A stretch of DNA of 63,588 nucleotides, counting the filler, from Neolecta irregularis DAH-3 (Eukaryota), in assembly GCA_001929475.1 (NCBI GenBank). It is 14 parts of 14 records of this genome, joined end to end, with 100 filler letters (N's around TTAATTAATTAA, not from the genome) between each part and the next. Parts side by side here need not be neighbours in the genome. Positions count along the whole stretch, not along the records: positions 1 to 16,496 come from LXFE01000166.1; positions 16,597 to 17,722 come from LXFE01002426.1; positions 17,823 to 19,739 come from LXFE01002429.1; positions 19,840 to 21,955 come from LXFE01002432.1; 10 more parts are not named here. One strand, given 5' to 3'. The notes under the pieces were generated by a model that was not told the DNA's origin, did no database searches, and was given only the letters and a program-made list of their open reading frames with translations. Made by a program: the position numbers and the translations under genes. Shown here in pieces: positions 1 through 20,883 of this stretch (the first letter of the stretch is position 1; each line of letters starts with the position of its first letter).

Positions 1-1019
1 AGGTCATATGCGACCGACCAACCCTCCATCACATCTATCTCAACCTCTCCCTGCCAATATTACTTTGAATAGTCATACCCTCAAAACCAAGCCATTCTCA
101 ATTTCGTAAAGACTTTGGGACTTTAAAATCTCCTTGATTGCCAGCAATTCTGAAAGAAGAAACGGCTTAATAGTTTTAGTTTATTCATTAGGATAGAAAG
201 TCAATGATGCCTTCCATTTTATTTTATTCAGAATATCTCGAATTAGCGAGGATGACATTGCTTTTCAGCAGTCTGTTGGCACACAGATTCCAATCGGTGT
301 TTACAGTAAGTTTTGACTGCTTTGATGAATGGTAGATTCTTGGTGGAAATGGGGTTGAACCCTTGTTGTGCGAGGACGGGGTCTTGTAGCGAGGAATCAA
401 GTTAAAGAGAAAGACTACTCACTATTCACACAGTATCCTCGTCTATATAAAAGAAACCTTTGCAGGCCTTTTATCCTATCCGCAGAACACACGCTATGCC
501 AAGTGGCTCGGAGAAACAAAGATGATAGGTAAGTAAGTAAATAGAAATAAAAGATATATTCTAGTAGAGGGTAGAAGTGAGGGAGATGAGGTTTGTCGCT
601 GTAACAAGAAAATGAAGAAATGCATGTTTCCGTGTTACTTGCGACTAGTCTCAACCTGTTTTCTATACGCACTCAACATCTCTGATGATGTTCTGTTTAG
701 CGCTTCCATCTACTCTATTTTCGGATTTTTAAAGATCAAGAATAGAAAGATAAGGACATCAGAAAAATATAACCCGCCTGCTGATTGTCTCTTCTGTCCT
801 ATTAATTACTCTTGCAGCCATCCGCGATATCTGTGCCTTACGCCGAATGAACTGGTCTGGAGGTAGTTTGCTGCCTTGCGGGAGGGTGGCAGCGGGAAGC
901 CGGTTGCCCCACTGTATCTGCGAGTCACCGTACCTGTGTGGATTCCCGGAACCCCCACAGCCACCAGAGACAGATAACCATCGCCACCGGCCAGGAAAGC
1001 AAGGACATCCTCAACCCGC

Positions 1020-1300
1020 GATCGACCTCTCTATCCGCAAGTAGAGCTAGGAAGCTCAATAAGGATGTTAGCCGCTTCCCTATCAAGGGAGTGGCAATAC
1101 CGTTGACCCACGATCGAGTCCTATGTCCGCAAGAGGAGCGCAGCAGCTCAAAGAGGAAGTCAATCTCGTCATTGACAAACAGAGCAGCAATATCCTCACG
1201 GCGTGATCGATCGAACACTCCGCAAGAAGAGCTAGTGAGCTCAATGAGGAGATGTGCAGAACGGATGAGGCTCCTTAGAGGAAGGAGCGAATAGGCAGCA
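1020..1300 (+). repeat. Three degenerate tandem units of ~92-93 bp
   Basis: GATCGA...TCCGCAAG-x-AGAGC/GGAGC...AGCTCAA-x-RAGGA recurs with TCCGCAAG at 1034, 1126 and 1219; units translate as SASRARKLNKDV / SARGAQQLKEEV / SARRASELNEEM across a frameshift. Confidence 0.6.
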
Positions 1301-1705
1301 GCGAGCGCGCCTCAAGGAATTACTATATAAGGAGGTCCACATCTGGCTAGCAGAGGGACTTTAACCGTGTAAATTGATTTTAAACGTAGTTGCCTTTACT
1401 CAAAGTAGCTGCCGCACTATCAGCATACCAACCTAAGTCCACGAGCGACAAAAAGGAACACCTGAAGGCTCACAGTACCCATCTCAAACCTGTACATAAT
1501 ACTTCCCTCCCGTCTAACTTGGTGAACCTGTGTGCTATGACGAGGATTTTCCATTGGTTTCAACCTTTTCGTGAAGCCTCCTTTAGTCGCCCGTAAAATG
1601 ATTAGTCCTCTCCTAGACCATGCCTCTAATTTATTTTTAAGTTTTCAAGCACAAAGAATTGAATAATAGGGGCATATCAATGGTATCTTGAATCTATACT
1701 TCGAT

Positions 1706-3111
1706 ATGACCTCGCAACATGTCCAGCAAGACTTGAAGAATGACCTGGAGTTTTCCAGAGCTCTTCATGGAAATAATGTATCTGCTAAGAAAGGGTTTTC
1801 TGCAATGCTCAGCAAGAGCTCCAATGCTCAGCAAGCAACAGTGAGCTCCCCTGAATTCCGGTAATATTTGATCCTGATGTAGCGCAGGTAAAGTCATATT
1901 TCTCTTTCTGGGGCCAGAAACCTGGTCAAGAGACAGAGGAAGAGAAGAAGGCATTGTCGTCAAATTACTACAAAGTAGCAGACCGCTATTATGATCTTGC
2001 AACGGCATCAGTCTTGTATTTCGAGTGTCTAATTTCATAGGATTTCTATGAGGTAAATTGACTGCATATCATGCATTTTTCCCGTCTGATTCAAGCAGTT
2101 TGGGTGGTGTAAATCATTTCATTTCTCGCGATACTATCCTGGAGAACCCTTTCATCAAGCAATGGCTCGTCATGAGCATTATATAGCATCGAAAATGAAC
2201 ATTCAAGACAATTACAATGTCCTCGATGTTGGATGTGGTGTTGGTATATATATCACATTTCCAAGGTGCTCATTAATAGGTGGCCCTGCTTGTGAGATAT
2301 CTACTTTCACAGATGCAAACATTACTGGATTGAATATCAATGATTACCGTATGCTTTGACAATTCAGCTCTAGCCTGAAATTCTAGAAATTGAGCGAGCA
2401 AGGAATTATATTGCTCGCCGTGGGCTTTCAGAGAAAATCAAGTTTGTGAAGGGTGATTTCATGCAAATGCCCTTCGACGACGCAAGTTTTGACGCCGCGT
2501 ATGCTTTCGAAGCCACATGTCATGCTTCAAAATTGGAAGGGGTATATGGTGAGATTTATCGGGTGCTAAAACCTGGCGGTATCGTGCGTAATTGGTTTTG
2601 AAAGGATGCTAAATGCCAGTGTGGAATGAATGAGTGGGTGATGACTGATGTTTACGATGCGTCGGACCCAGAACAACAAAAGCTTAAGCACTATATTGAA
2701 ATTGGAAGTGGCGTTACCAAATTGTCCACCTTGTCTGATGCCCGGAATGCATTTAAAAAGGTTGGGTTTGAGATTTTACTTGAAGATGACTTGGCTGCTC
2801 ATGGCGATATTATTCCTTGGTACTATCCTATTGCTGGTCAACTCAAGCATGTTGCGAATTGGAGTGATTTCTTCATGATGCTCGCAATTTCAAACTTCGG
2901 TCGTACTATAGTGAACTACATAATCGGTGGATTGGAAATGATTGGCCTTGCCCCTGCAGGTACTCAGCAATATCACAAAATCTTGACTCGTAATGCGGTT
3001 GCTCTTGTCGCTAGTGGAGAGGTATGTCTTGTTCTTATGCCCAGTCTGATGGCACAGAAAGGGATCTTTACCCCAATGATGCTCTTTGTATGCAAAAAGC
3101 CGGAAGCATAG
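1706..3111 (+). CDS. ERG6: Sterol 24-C-methyltransferase (multi-exon)
   Basis: Spliced translation [22 protein letters not shown]...[22 protein letters not shown]...MARHEHY...[11 protein letters not shown]...FEATCHA...EWVMTD...[17 protein letters not shown]-binding motif and SMT region I. Confidence 0.93.
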
Positions 3112-3182
3112 AGTTGAACAATTTGATGGACAAGTAACAGCCATCTGGCCACTCTTTTGGTATCAACTTAAAGATCCTACCT

Positions 3183-4669
3183 TTATATAGGAGCTTTAAA
3201 TATCTTGAAATCTGTTGACTTTAATCGATTATCGCGAACCAGGGCATTGGCCCAGTTATCAATGGCCTTTTTGATATCTGTTGAGGTAGATTTTCCTTCA
3301 ATTTCTTGAGCCAGTTGTGACATCTCTTCGGGCTGCATATTTGCCAATACCGCATCGACTTCGTTCAAAACAGAATCAATCATGGCAGGAGATGATTCGC
3401 CAGAAATAGCAAAGTAGTTGCAGTCCTTTAGCGATCCTTTGATAATTCGCTTGTCCTTCTTCGCAGCCTTCTTTTGAGCTTCCTTATTCTTTTTGGCCTC
3501 AAGGGCTTTATTCTTCTCGGCCATTTCTTGTTCCTCCTGTTTACGCACTTCCTCTTCCGCAGTTTTCTTTGCCTCTTCTGCGGCTTGTCGGGCTCCGGCC
3601 TCGCGATCCCATTTTCTTCTTTCCTTCTCTTCTTTCTCTTTTTGCTTAAACATTGCTATTCGCTTATCTTGTTCGAGACAATCATCGACGAGTTTTCGGA
3701 GTCTGGCAGTGTCTTCAGTCTTCTTGCGAGCACGTTCAGCTTTGTTTTTCTTTTCTTGGTAGCGTTTGTTGTCTCGACTAGATCATAAACAAATGTAGGA
3801 ATAAGATCCTCTCACTTATCTGAATCATCTGGGATATCTTTATCCAGATATTCAAAAGATCTCCAAGAGTCAAACTTGTACCAAAAATCGTAAAATTGCT
3901 CGACTTGTTCTCGGGTAGAATCCTCGTTTCCCAGCACTGGGACTGGACGACGCTTAGAAAACCTTGAGTTTAGAGAAAGTGTATGATCCTTCTGCCTACC
4001 GTCCCTCTGCTTCGAATACTCTTCCCCAAAGTTTGTAAAAATTATTCCCTTTTGCTGCTTGTTTCTTAGAAGGTGGATCGACATTGGCTCCCTCGTCAAC
4101 GGAATCAAATTGAGAACGTCTGATTGGATCAGAAAGTACTTCCATCGCTAACACTAAAGACGAGAGATATGGACTGGTATACCTTTCTGAATGCACTTGA
4201 AGAAAGAATCATCATTGACATTGCCGCTTGAAGCCTTCTTGTCTGGATGGTGTTTCAAGACTTTTCTTCGATCTGACAACGTCAACAGACTCAATTGTAG
4301 AGATTACATACAAGCACGCTTGATCTGGTCGTCGGTGGCCTTGTATCTGTATTTTGAGAGACCGAGAACAGCATAATGATCTTGCTGCTTCCATTCTTTG
4401 GGATCTTGAGAAAGAAGACCAGCAGTTTCTGACTCCTCTTCGCTTTCATCGCCTTCATCTTCAACCTTTTTGACGTTGGCCCCTGCTTGGATCCTGTCGT
4501 CCTCGCTAAAAGTTCTGTTGTGACGAGTTCTTCGTGCATGGGCTAGAAACTGGGGGCCTGCGGGTTCAATAGAACGGATTACTGGAGCGGAAATAAAGGC
4601 ATGCGGGAAGAAAGCAGAGATGGAGGCATCGAGGTCTGCAGGAACGGGCGGCAGAGCAATTGAAGCCAT
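3183..4669 (-). CDS. ZUO1: Zuotin, ribosome-associated J-domain co-chaperone (multi-exon)
   Basis: IEPAGPQFLAHARRTRHNRTFSEDD, DPKEWKQQDHYAVLGLSKYRYKAT, HPDK J-domain motif, FYDFWYKFDSWRSFEYLD, charged C-terminal RAC head. Confidence 0.95.
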
Positions 4670-4848
4670 GATGAATGAAAGAAGTTTTCAGACTGGGGGA
4701 TTTGGGTCACCACCGACCTTACCGGGTTGAAGCTGCTACATTACGAATGCTTCAGAGAGCCAGCAAAGGATGGCCCATGTATGCATATATGCTCCTTCTG
4801 GGATGAATCCACAAATGACTTTGACGCACCGACATACAATGACTGACG

Positions 4849-13029
<8,181 letters not shown>

Positions 13030-13201
13030 TAGGAAAGTAGTTGCTTGTGGTAGCTGCAGTTTGCTCCCATATATTTATAATCATAGTTAATAGCAACTGG
13101 TAGACGGAATATGCAGGTGGTTATCTATAGAAGTGTCAGCTGGGTGAAAACGCACAGACGCCGCTCTTTCCCCATATTAACCTCTAGCTTTCCCCATAGA
13201 C

Positions 13202-14675
13202 ATGACTACTCGATATAGAGTCGAATACGCTCTCAAACACCACCGCAGGGATAATTTTATTGAATGGATTAAAGGCCTTCTTGCAGTTCCATTCGTGCTG
13301 CACTCTCTTCCCAGCACTCCATTATCATCTATAACCCGAGAGGACACCAAAAATAATACAGAAGATGCTCGTAGACGATATCGCGAGATTCTGAGGGATG
13401 TTGAAGAATTGATTAACGAAGATAGTGAGTTCTCAATAATTAATAGAAGTATCGCTTACGCAAAATCGCAGTTGCACGAATTGCAGCCGGCACCAAAAAG
13501 AAATCCAAGTTGAAACTCTTGGTCCCCACCATTGGACATTTCTTTACTCCTTTGCCATTGGAAGAAGCTTTTATGGACGTTGATGACCGCGTTGCAATCA
13601 GTGGGCGCCGGAACGTACCTCCGTCCTTTAATGATGTCAGATTCATTTTGGCGTACGCGCAGTTGTTACAACTTGGACGAGATGGTGTCAAGTTGGTTAC
13701 TTTCGATGGGGATCTCACACTTTACGAGGATGGATTTGATTTGCTACCCGATTCACCAATCGTTGAACGTCTCGTTGCTCTTTTGCGCCTCGATATCCAT
13801 GTCGCTATTCTTACAGCGGCAGGATACTCTGAAAAATCCGGTATTCGTTATAAAAAGCGGCTTCAAGGCCTCTTTGATGCTCTTTCTAATGAGAATTGTG
13901 GGTTAACGGACGATCAAAAACACAATTTGCATGTCCTCGGTGGTAACAATGGCCCTCCAGGTGATCGCTAACCCTATACAGGGGAAAGCAGCTATATGTT
14001 TCGTTATCACCCTGAAAAAAATGACCTGGTTTGGGTGGAAGAAGACGAATGGATGTTGGAAGAAATGAAAAACTGGAACAAGAGTGACATTGAGACTTTT
14101 CTTGATATTGCGCAAAAAGTGCTTGAACAAAGGTACCTTTTCTTGACGCAAAGTATGAAATTGACTTTGGTGCAGTGTGAGTTCCATGAAACTGTCAGCA
14201 GACGTTATTCGAAAGGATCGGGCGGTGGGTATGTATACTAACTTGTATTCTGATGTCAATTTTAGGGCTTGTCCCACGAGGACGTAAATTACAAAGAGAG
14301 CAGCTAGAAGAAGTTGTTTTAGCGGCACAGCGAGAATTATCTGCATCAGAAGTGTCCGAAGGTATCACATTTTGCGCCTTCAACGGAGGGTTCGTCTGAA
14401 CTCACCACAGTATTTTGATAACTAGCTCTGACGTATGGGTTGATCTTGGGGACAAACGACTGGGAGTTTTGTGTCTTCAAAAACTTTTGGGCAGAAATTT
14501 ACCTATCGAAGGTAAACAGACGCTACACGTTGGAGATCAGTTTCTATCGCTTGGAAGCAATGACTTTAGGACAAGACGTGCAGCGACAACTGTATGGACC
14601 CAAGGCCCGGATGAAACATGTGAACTTCTGGACCAGCTCATGCTGTATCTCAAGAATCAAGGTCAAAGGGTCTAA
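13202..14675 (+). CDS. ISN1: IMP-specific 5'-nucleotidase (HAD family, multi-exon)
   Basis: MTTRYRVEYALKHHRRDNFIEWIKGLLAVPF, LVTFDGDLTLY, ILTAAGY, AFNGG/SDVWVDLGDK, LHVGDQF. Confidence 0.95.
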
Positions 14676-14765
14676 ATAGGTCATAATTGTATAATATTGA
14701 GCCTGGAATTCCATCAAAACACCATAGCCTTTTTCTATATGATAACCCCTTTGCCGTACTCCAAT

Positions 14766-16496
14766 ATGTCTGCGGGGCCAGGTACGCTGTCAGATGAAAT
14801 TGCGAGGATTATTTCGGACAGGGGATCTTTTCGGAATATTCAAGAGGAGAATCTGCAGGGAACTACAGTTCCATCCAATGCTTCAAGTCCCTCGCCTAGC
14901 AATGACCAACCCGCCCTGCACGAAAAAGTTCTGCAGCTGATCGCGTATGCTTGAGATTATCTGATGCTCACAAACTCTCAGAAATGCTCAAAATGAGGCG
15001 TCGCTTGCACTTGAAATGACGTCTCTACTGCTTTCTGCATGTCGAACGAGCGCTGAAACTGCAATGTCTCCGGTTCTCCGGGAAAGGATACCGACTGGCT
15101 CGCTTGGAGCTGCCCGAATCAGGGGAATTGAACCTAAGAGCGACAATACAGTTCCGAAAGCCTGGAAAGACCAGGTGATACTTAATTCCTCGACGATACT
15201 TCGTCAAGCTTCGGACTCGTCAAATCTGGCAATTGAATCAGAGGCAGCAGTTTGGACAGAATTGATACATTTATTAGAGAACAAATGGACTATTTCTCGC
15301 GGGAGATCTGGAAACCTGGGTGTCTTGCTTGATCCCAAAATTTGTATCTTTACGCCGATCAAATAGGTTAATAATTCCCACAGCGATACGCTTGAAGTGC
15401 CCCAATTTTCTGGAAATTCCTTTGAAGGAAAACCACACAGAAAGCCCTGCCGGTGTTTCTCTTCAGGTATCATTGCTGTCCCCTGATGGGCAGAGTGCTC
15501 TCGCCACGTCAACTGATATTATTCGAGATATTTCACCACTTGAAAGAATTCAAGATGAAATATATGAGCAGGATTTGTTTAGGGAGGTAAGGTTAGTCAT
15601 CCTATCACTCTCATGGAATAGCTATCTGAAGAAGCTTCAATAATGTTTCATCTGGGAGTCCAGGTGAATGGAGAATCGATTACGATCCCGGCGGGGGAGG
15701 ACGGTCTATTGTCGATACAGCTGACAAAAATATCCGAACAAACGGATGCAAGCCCTCATGAACATGCTATCAATACTTGTCAAGCTATTCTGCTGTTCTT
15801 ACGCTTGGCTTACTTTCATTTCTTGAAACAAGGGGAAGGTCTTTTGCCGGTGTACCTCACTGCGAACAAACCCATGTACATTCTCCCAAATCGGGTTCTC
15901 ATGCTAGTCGTGATACGCCACGAAGCCTGCAGACGATCATCAATTGGATGAATTACCGGACGGAAGTGAAGAATCTAACCGGTCAACTCGCTACAAGGCA
16001 AGCAGTTCTGAATGAGAATTCGATTACTTTTGCGGTTAAGCGGGGAGCCTCGTTCCAGATTCGTGGGGATTCTCAGGCAGTACTTGTGCAGGATATAATG
16101 AAGCCAATAGAGCAAGAATTTGAAGTGACGCTGCCTGGTGGGAGCAGGGCGATGCTTGTGATCACTTTGGGCGAGATTATCTGTTACACGGTACGGATTA
16201 TGGGAAGACAGAATTCTGGACCAGCCCAGCATTTTAATATTGCAGAGGTTTTACGACAACTCGACTGGGTCACGAAGGAAGATATTATCGGGAGTATCCG
16301 TGAGTGTGTTCCGGGTGCAAGTTGGCAATCTCGCGGTGATAATGTAGTTTTGAGGAGCGGAGGGCAGACGTATCACTTCACTGTGATGTATGACGGGCAG
16401 AAAGTAGCACGTATACTGTGTCACCGCAGGAGCGAGAAGACGCGGGAAGAGTCTGTGGGAGCGTTCATGTCGCGGATAGGCTGTAGGGAAGAAACA
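14766..16496 (+). CDS. MED17: Mediator subunit 17 (Srb4), 3' end truncated at linker
   Basis: LSDEIARIISDRGSFRNIQEENL, AQNEASLALEMTSLLLS, MSPVLRERIPTGSLG, DEIYEQDLFRE match fungal Med17 motifs. Confidence 0.75.
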
Positions 16497-16596
16497 NNNN
16501 NNNNNNNNNNNNNNNNNNNNNNNNNNNNNNNNNNNNNNNNTTAATTAATTAANNNNNNNNNNNNNNNNNNNNNNNNNNNNNNNNNNNNNNNNNNNN
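16497..16596. other. Artificial contig linker N44-TTAATTAATTAA-N44 (also 17723-17822, 19740-19839, 21956-22055, 23149-23248, 26963-27062, 29469-29568, 33455-33554, 35451-35550, 46311-46410, 52192-52291, 53468-53567, 62430-62529)
   Basis: Identical 100-nt spacer with stop codons in all six frames repeated 13 times; genes are cut abruptly at these points. Confidence 0.98.
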
Positions 16597-16915
16597 CCCC
16601 CCAGCCACTATTTTGAAAAGCCACAATATTCAAAAAAATGGAATATGCTTTATGGCGGGAGAGGTGGGAGGGCGAGTCAGGTGGGAGAGGTGGGTGAGAG
16701 GTGAGAAGACTATGTATATCAGCAGGGTTAATTGCAAGTGTTCTGATTCAAGTTATCATTGACTTCTTTGTTCATCAAGGCATATTAACAATGGAAAATG
16801 AACTAGACTATATAGAAATAATCTCACGATTGCAGAAGAAAATGCCTTTTCCACAGCAATAGGATATTATACCTATATACATTTCTAATGCTGTTATAGA
16901 CATTAAGATGCTTTC

Positions 16916-17722
16916 CTAATTTAAAATACATTCTTTTACGCCTTGTTCGTTAGGAAAAAGAGACTGCAGGAATGATACGTTCAACGATTTGCATGATTGC
17001 TTTGGATGCAGGACTTTCCGGGTACTCATCCAAGAAACAAGTCCCATAATCACAGCTCTTTCCAATTCTTGGATCTAAAGGCACAGCACCCAGGAATGGT
17101 ACTTTCATTTCTTTAGCAAGACCAATTCCCCCACCAGTTGTAGCTACGAATATCACTGATTCGCCCTGTAAATATCAATATCTCGAAGAAAAGACAACAT
17201 ACGTGACAACTAGGACACACAAAACCACTCATATTCTCCACCAAACCGAGTACTTTGATTCCTGCCTTTTGACAAAAATCAATTTCTTTCCGTACATCCA
17301 ACAATGCAACTTCCTGGGGCGTAGTGATAACCACCGCCCCATCAATGAGAGATTCCTTTAGAAACTGCGCGACACTCAAATGCTCATCGCTGGTTCCAGG
17401 TGGTGTATCGACGAGCAGATAATCTAATTCACCCCAGTCAACGTCTTTCAAGAATTGCTTGATAAGACCATTTTTCTTTGGTCCCCTCCAGATAACAGCG
17501 TCATCTACATTAGGCAACAGAAATCCTATTGACATGACCGCAAGATTATCTGCGACATAGACCGGCGACCATCCCATGTTGGACGAGTGGATCTGTTCTG
17601 TTGCACATCCCATAACTCGGGGCATCGAAGGCCCGCAAATATCTGTATCCATGATTCCCACCTTGTGTCAGCATGGGATCAAAACATATTCAAAGTACCT
17701 GAGAACGCTCATCTCGACTCAA
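16916..17722 (-). CDS. NBP35: Cytosolic Fe-S cluster assembly P-loop NTPase Nbp35, 5' part missing
   Basis: [83 protein letters not shown]; last exon RVKECILN*. Confidence 0.9.
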
Positions 17723-17822
17723 NNNNNNNNNNNNNNNNNNNNNNNNNNNNNNNNNNNNNNNNNNNNTTAATTAATTAANNNNNNNNNNNNNNNNNNNNNN
17801 NNNNNNNNNNNNNNNNNNNNNN

Positions 17823-18205
17823 CGCTGCTCAACATCCACTGGTTCCTCGACAAGACCGGCCGCACCGGCAGCCGCGCGCAGATCCTCAACGGCGTCCTGC
17901 TCGTGCTCGTCTTCTTCGCCGCCCGCATCGCCTGGGGCTGGCTCGTCGCCTTCCGCATTGCCCGTACCCGCCCCCCGCCGCCGCGCTGGCTGCGTTCTAA
18001 CCGCCCAGGCGACTGTGCCGCGCTGCCCGCGCTGCCCGCCTGGCTCGTCGGCTACACCGCCGCCCAGATCGCCGTCCTCTGGGCGCTCAACCTCTTTTGG
18101 TTCTCCAAAATGGTCGCCGCTCTGTCGCGCCGCTTCCGGGGCCAGCGCGGCTCCAACAGCCCAGCCGCTGCCGCATCGCAGCCACAGCACAGCCATAGCC
18201 TGTAG
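17823..18205 (+). CDS. TLC (TRAM/LAG1/CLN8) domain membrane protein, C-terminal fragment
   Basis: LLNIHWFLDKTGRTGSRAQILNGVLLVLVFFAARIAWG...LNLFWFSKMV, typical TMEM56/Tda4-like TLC C-terminus; open from the contig edge. Confidence 0.85.
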
Positions 18206-18271
18206 TGCGGCCTGCCGCTGCCAAGCAATCGTGTATTATAAGCAACGTACACACTCTACCAACTATGCCTA

Positions 18272-19496
18272 TTAAATGCAAATATAACTGTTGATCCGCC
18301 CCTTTTGGTTCCTGCGGTCAGCAATGCTTGCCCGGCTACTTACTGCGCGACACACTCGGCTATCCACACAATGTTCCGGATCTCCTGCTCCTTCAATCGC
18401 ACCCACGCATAAACAATCCCGTAGTGAAACTGCTGTCAGCGCCCCGGCAATCCCAATCCCGACCTGGCTCAGAAACGCATTCTTGTTCAGCTCAACCTCC
18501 CGCTCAAAAAACCAGTCCTCAAGACTCTTGTTCCCCTGCTCAAAAAACCGCCGGTACTCCACAACCCCCGCCACCGCCCCCTTGACCCCCTCCACGTCTT
18601 CCGCCCTCGACAGCATAAACGACCCTTCAGGGTACAGCATCCCAACCCTCGGGTAAAGCTTTTGTCGGTCCTCCCGAGAAAGATCCGTGCCAAACGAGTT
18701 GAGCGTAATGTTGATCGCACGCCGGTCCGCTTCAAACTCGAGTATCTCGCCCATAATCTCCCCAGTCGGTGACGGAAGCGTCTGCACGAACCGATGGAAA
18801 TCCTCAAGATACGATTTATATAACGTGTTTCGTATGATTTCAATGTGGAGATCATCCAAATCTGCTGCAACAAGACAGTCTTTAAAGTACCCCGCTTACG
18901 TCAACCGCGAAGACAACAACACATACCAAGCGGCGTCTCCACGAGCACAGCATTGTACAATTCTTCAACGCTTGTAGCGACGCATAACGCTGGCATCGTT
19001 TCAAATTTCCCCAGAGGATGGCATCGATCGAGCAATTCATGCGTATCGCGCTCATGTAATGTCCCCGTAATAAGAAGAATAACATTATCAATCATATACG
19101 AATACGTAATATAATCCAGAAACTGCCTCTATTAGCCTATTCTCCAACAGGGCAAAACCCGATTCATCTCATAAGACGCATTCAATTTGAGATATTTGAA
19201 TTCATTCACCATCTTCTCCGTCGCTTTTTCGCCAATGCAACTAGTACTCAAAACTTGCTCCTGGCCCAGGAAATTCGCATAGTCAGTAGTAGCAAGCTGC
19301 ATTTTTATATCTGAATCAACAAGCGTCGTAAAGAGAGGGTACCTTGTAGAGAATCGCATTGTGTGAGATTATGGTATACCGTGGAATCTACCAGTCCTGA
19401 TCTATACCCTCGTACCACTCCTTCCAAATAGCCGCTTTCAATTAGTCGGGTCTTTTGGTATCAATACTTGTCGACGTTAAAGTATAAACCTTCCAT
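18272..19496 (-). CDS. VMA6: V-ATPase V0 subunit d (multi-exon)
   Basis: [81 protein letters not shown]. Confidence 0.95.
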
Positions 19497-19839
19497 TGCG
19501 TTGTAGTAGGTAAAGTTCACTACCCGACGACCCAATAATATACAAATGAAGAATATCTATCCCTTTTACAACATACAACTAAGAATATCTAGCCCTATTT
19601 TGCCTTGGATTTCTTAGAGTTCTTGCGAGTAGATTCTCCATCTATATTTCGATCTTTTGTTTCTCAATGTTAGATTAGCATTCACAGATATACCTTTTCT
19701 TTCTTTTTGCGTTTTATATTCTCCTCTCCAGTTTGTTCCNNNNNNNNNNNNNNNNNNNNNNNNNNNNNNNNNNNNNNNNNNNNTTAATTAATTAANNNNN
19801 NNNNNNNNNNNNNNNNNNNNNNNNNNNNNNNNNNNNNNN

Positions 19840-20703
19840 CCAGCTGCAGCGCCGTCTCAGACTCCTGCCACGAGTTCAGGTCGTCTGTCCGTCAGCCGCC
19901 CGCCCCCGCCCGCACCCCACGTACACGGCTGCTCCCCGCCAAGCCACTCCGGCAGCGGCCGCCACACATTCGGCACTATCACGTCCTTGTCGTGGTGCAT
20001 CAGATCCTGCCGCTTAGCCCCCCCCGCCGCTCCCGCTACTCACCTCCAGTATCGTCGCCGGAATGCTCTCCACGTCCGCGTCCCTCCAGTACACCCACGA
20101 GTACTCCGCCTTGATCGCATTCGTCAGCAGCCAGTTGCGTGCTTTCGCCATCAGCTTCCTCCGCGACGCTTGGGCTTCAATCGCATGCCGGTCGGAAAAA
20201 CTCTGTCCGATAGCCTGCCCAAAATCCTTCTCGATGACGCTGATCTCCCCAAACGCAAGCTCGCTCCCCTGCAAATCGTCAAGCGCCTCTAGCAGCCTGC
20301 TCAGCGTATTGTCTTTGGAATCAGATACAAGAAATGCAATGTCAATCAGCCCGTGAGGATACGTCATCTTCTTCAAGTGGCTGAAAAACATCGATATGTG
20401 AGGTTCCGCATCGCGCAAAGGCACACACATCAGCACCTGTTCACCCCTCTCCCATCCACGATTAGTCCCCTTGCTCTCCCCCAAATCGTAGTATTCCACA
20501 TTAGGCAAACTAAACGGATTCTCCACTTCGTAGGTCTTACTAGACATCACAGACATCATATAGATTACGATAATCGCTCCACAAACAACTCGCACTATCA
20601 CAGATTTATAGAGCGGCGTCTTGTGTGGGGGTTGAAATCGATTAGGCGAAATATGGAAATGATTCTTTTTTTTAGTCGACCGGCCCAGGAGCGGAGATAT
20701 CAT
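19840..20703 (-). CDS. Anp1/Van1/Mnn9-family mannan polymerase subunit (GT62), 3' end truncated
   Basis: Type II TM anchor, YYDLG..GWERGEQVLMCVPLRDA, MTYPHGLIDIAFLVSDSKD, RRKLMAKARNWLL, WVYWRDADV (DXD), DLMHHDKDVIVPNVWRPLP, DLNSWQES; Van1/Anp1-like. Confidence 0.9.
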
Positions 20704-20883
20704 TTCGGAATTGTCAAGGAATAGGAATGAGAAGAGAATGAGAATGATTGGCGGTGATATCGAGGTGTCTAGAAATAGCCAATTACACGTGAGTATCATG
20801 ATCATGTATTTTTAGATAGAAGCACGCTCGTAGTTACACATAGATAATTATCTCTTAATTATTATATAAAAATATTCACTTCA

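Noticed and set aside
1-900. Possible LTR or TE remnant with TATA-like motifs
   Set aside because: No paired LTR, primer-binding site or coding motif could be identified.
17771-18977. Many overlapping ORFs in the ORF track around the TLC gene and VMA6
   Set aside because: Antisense or alternative-frame shadows of real genes in GC-rich, stop-poor sequence.
19595-19739. Lys-rich minus-strand gene tail at a contig edge
   Set aside because: Too short to identify.
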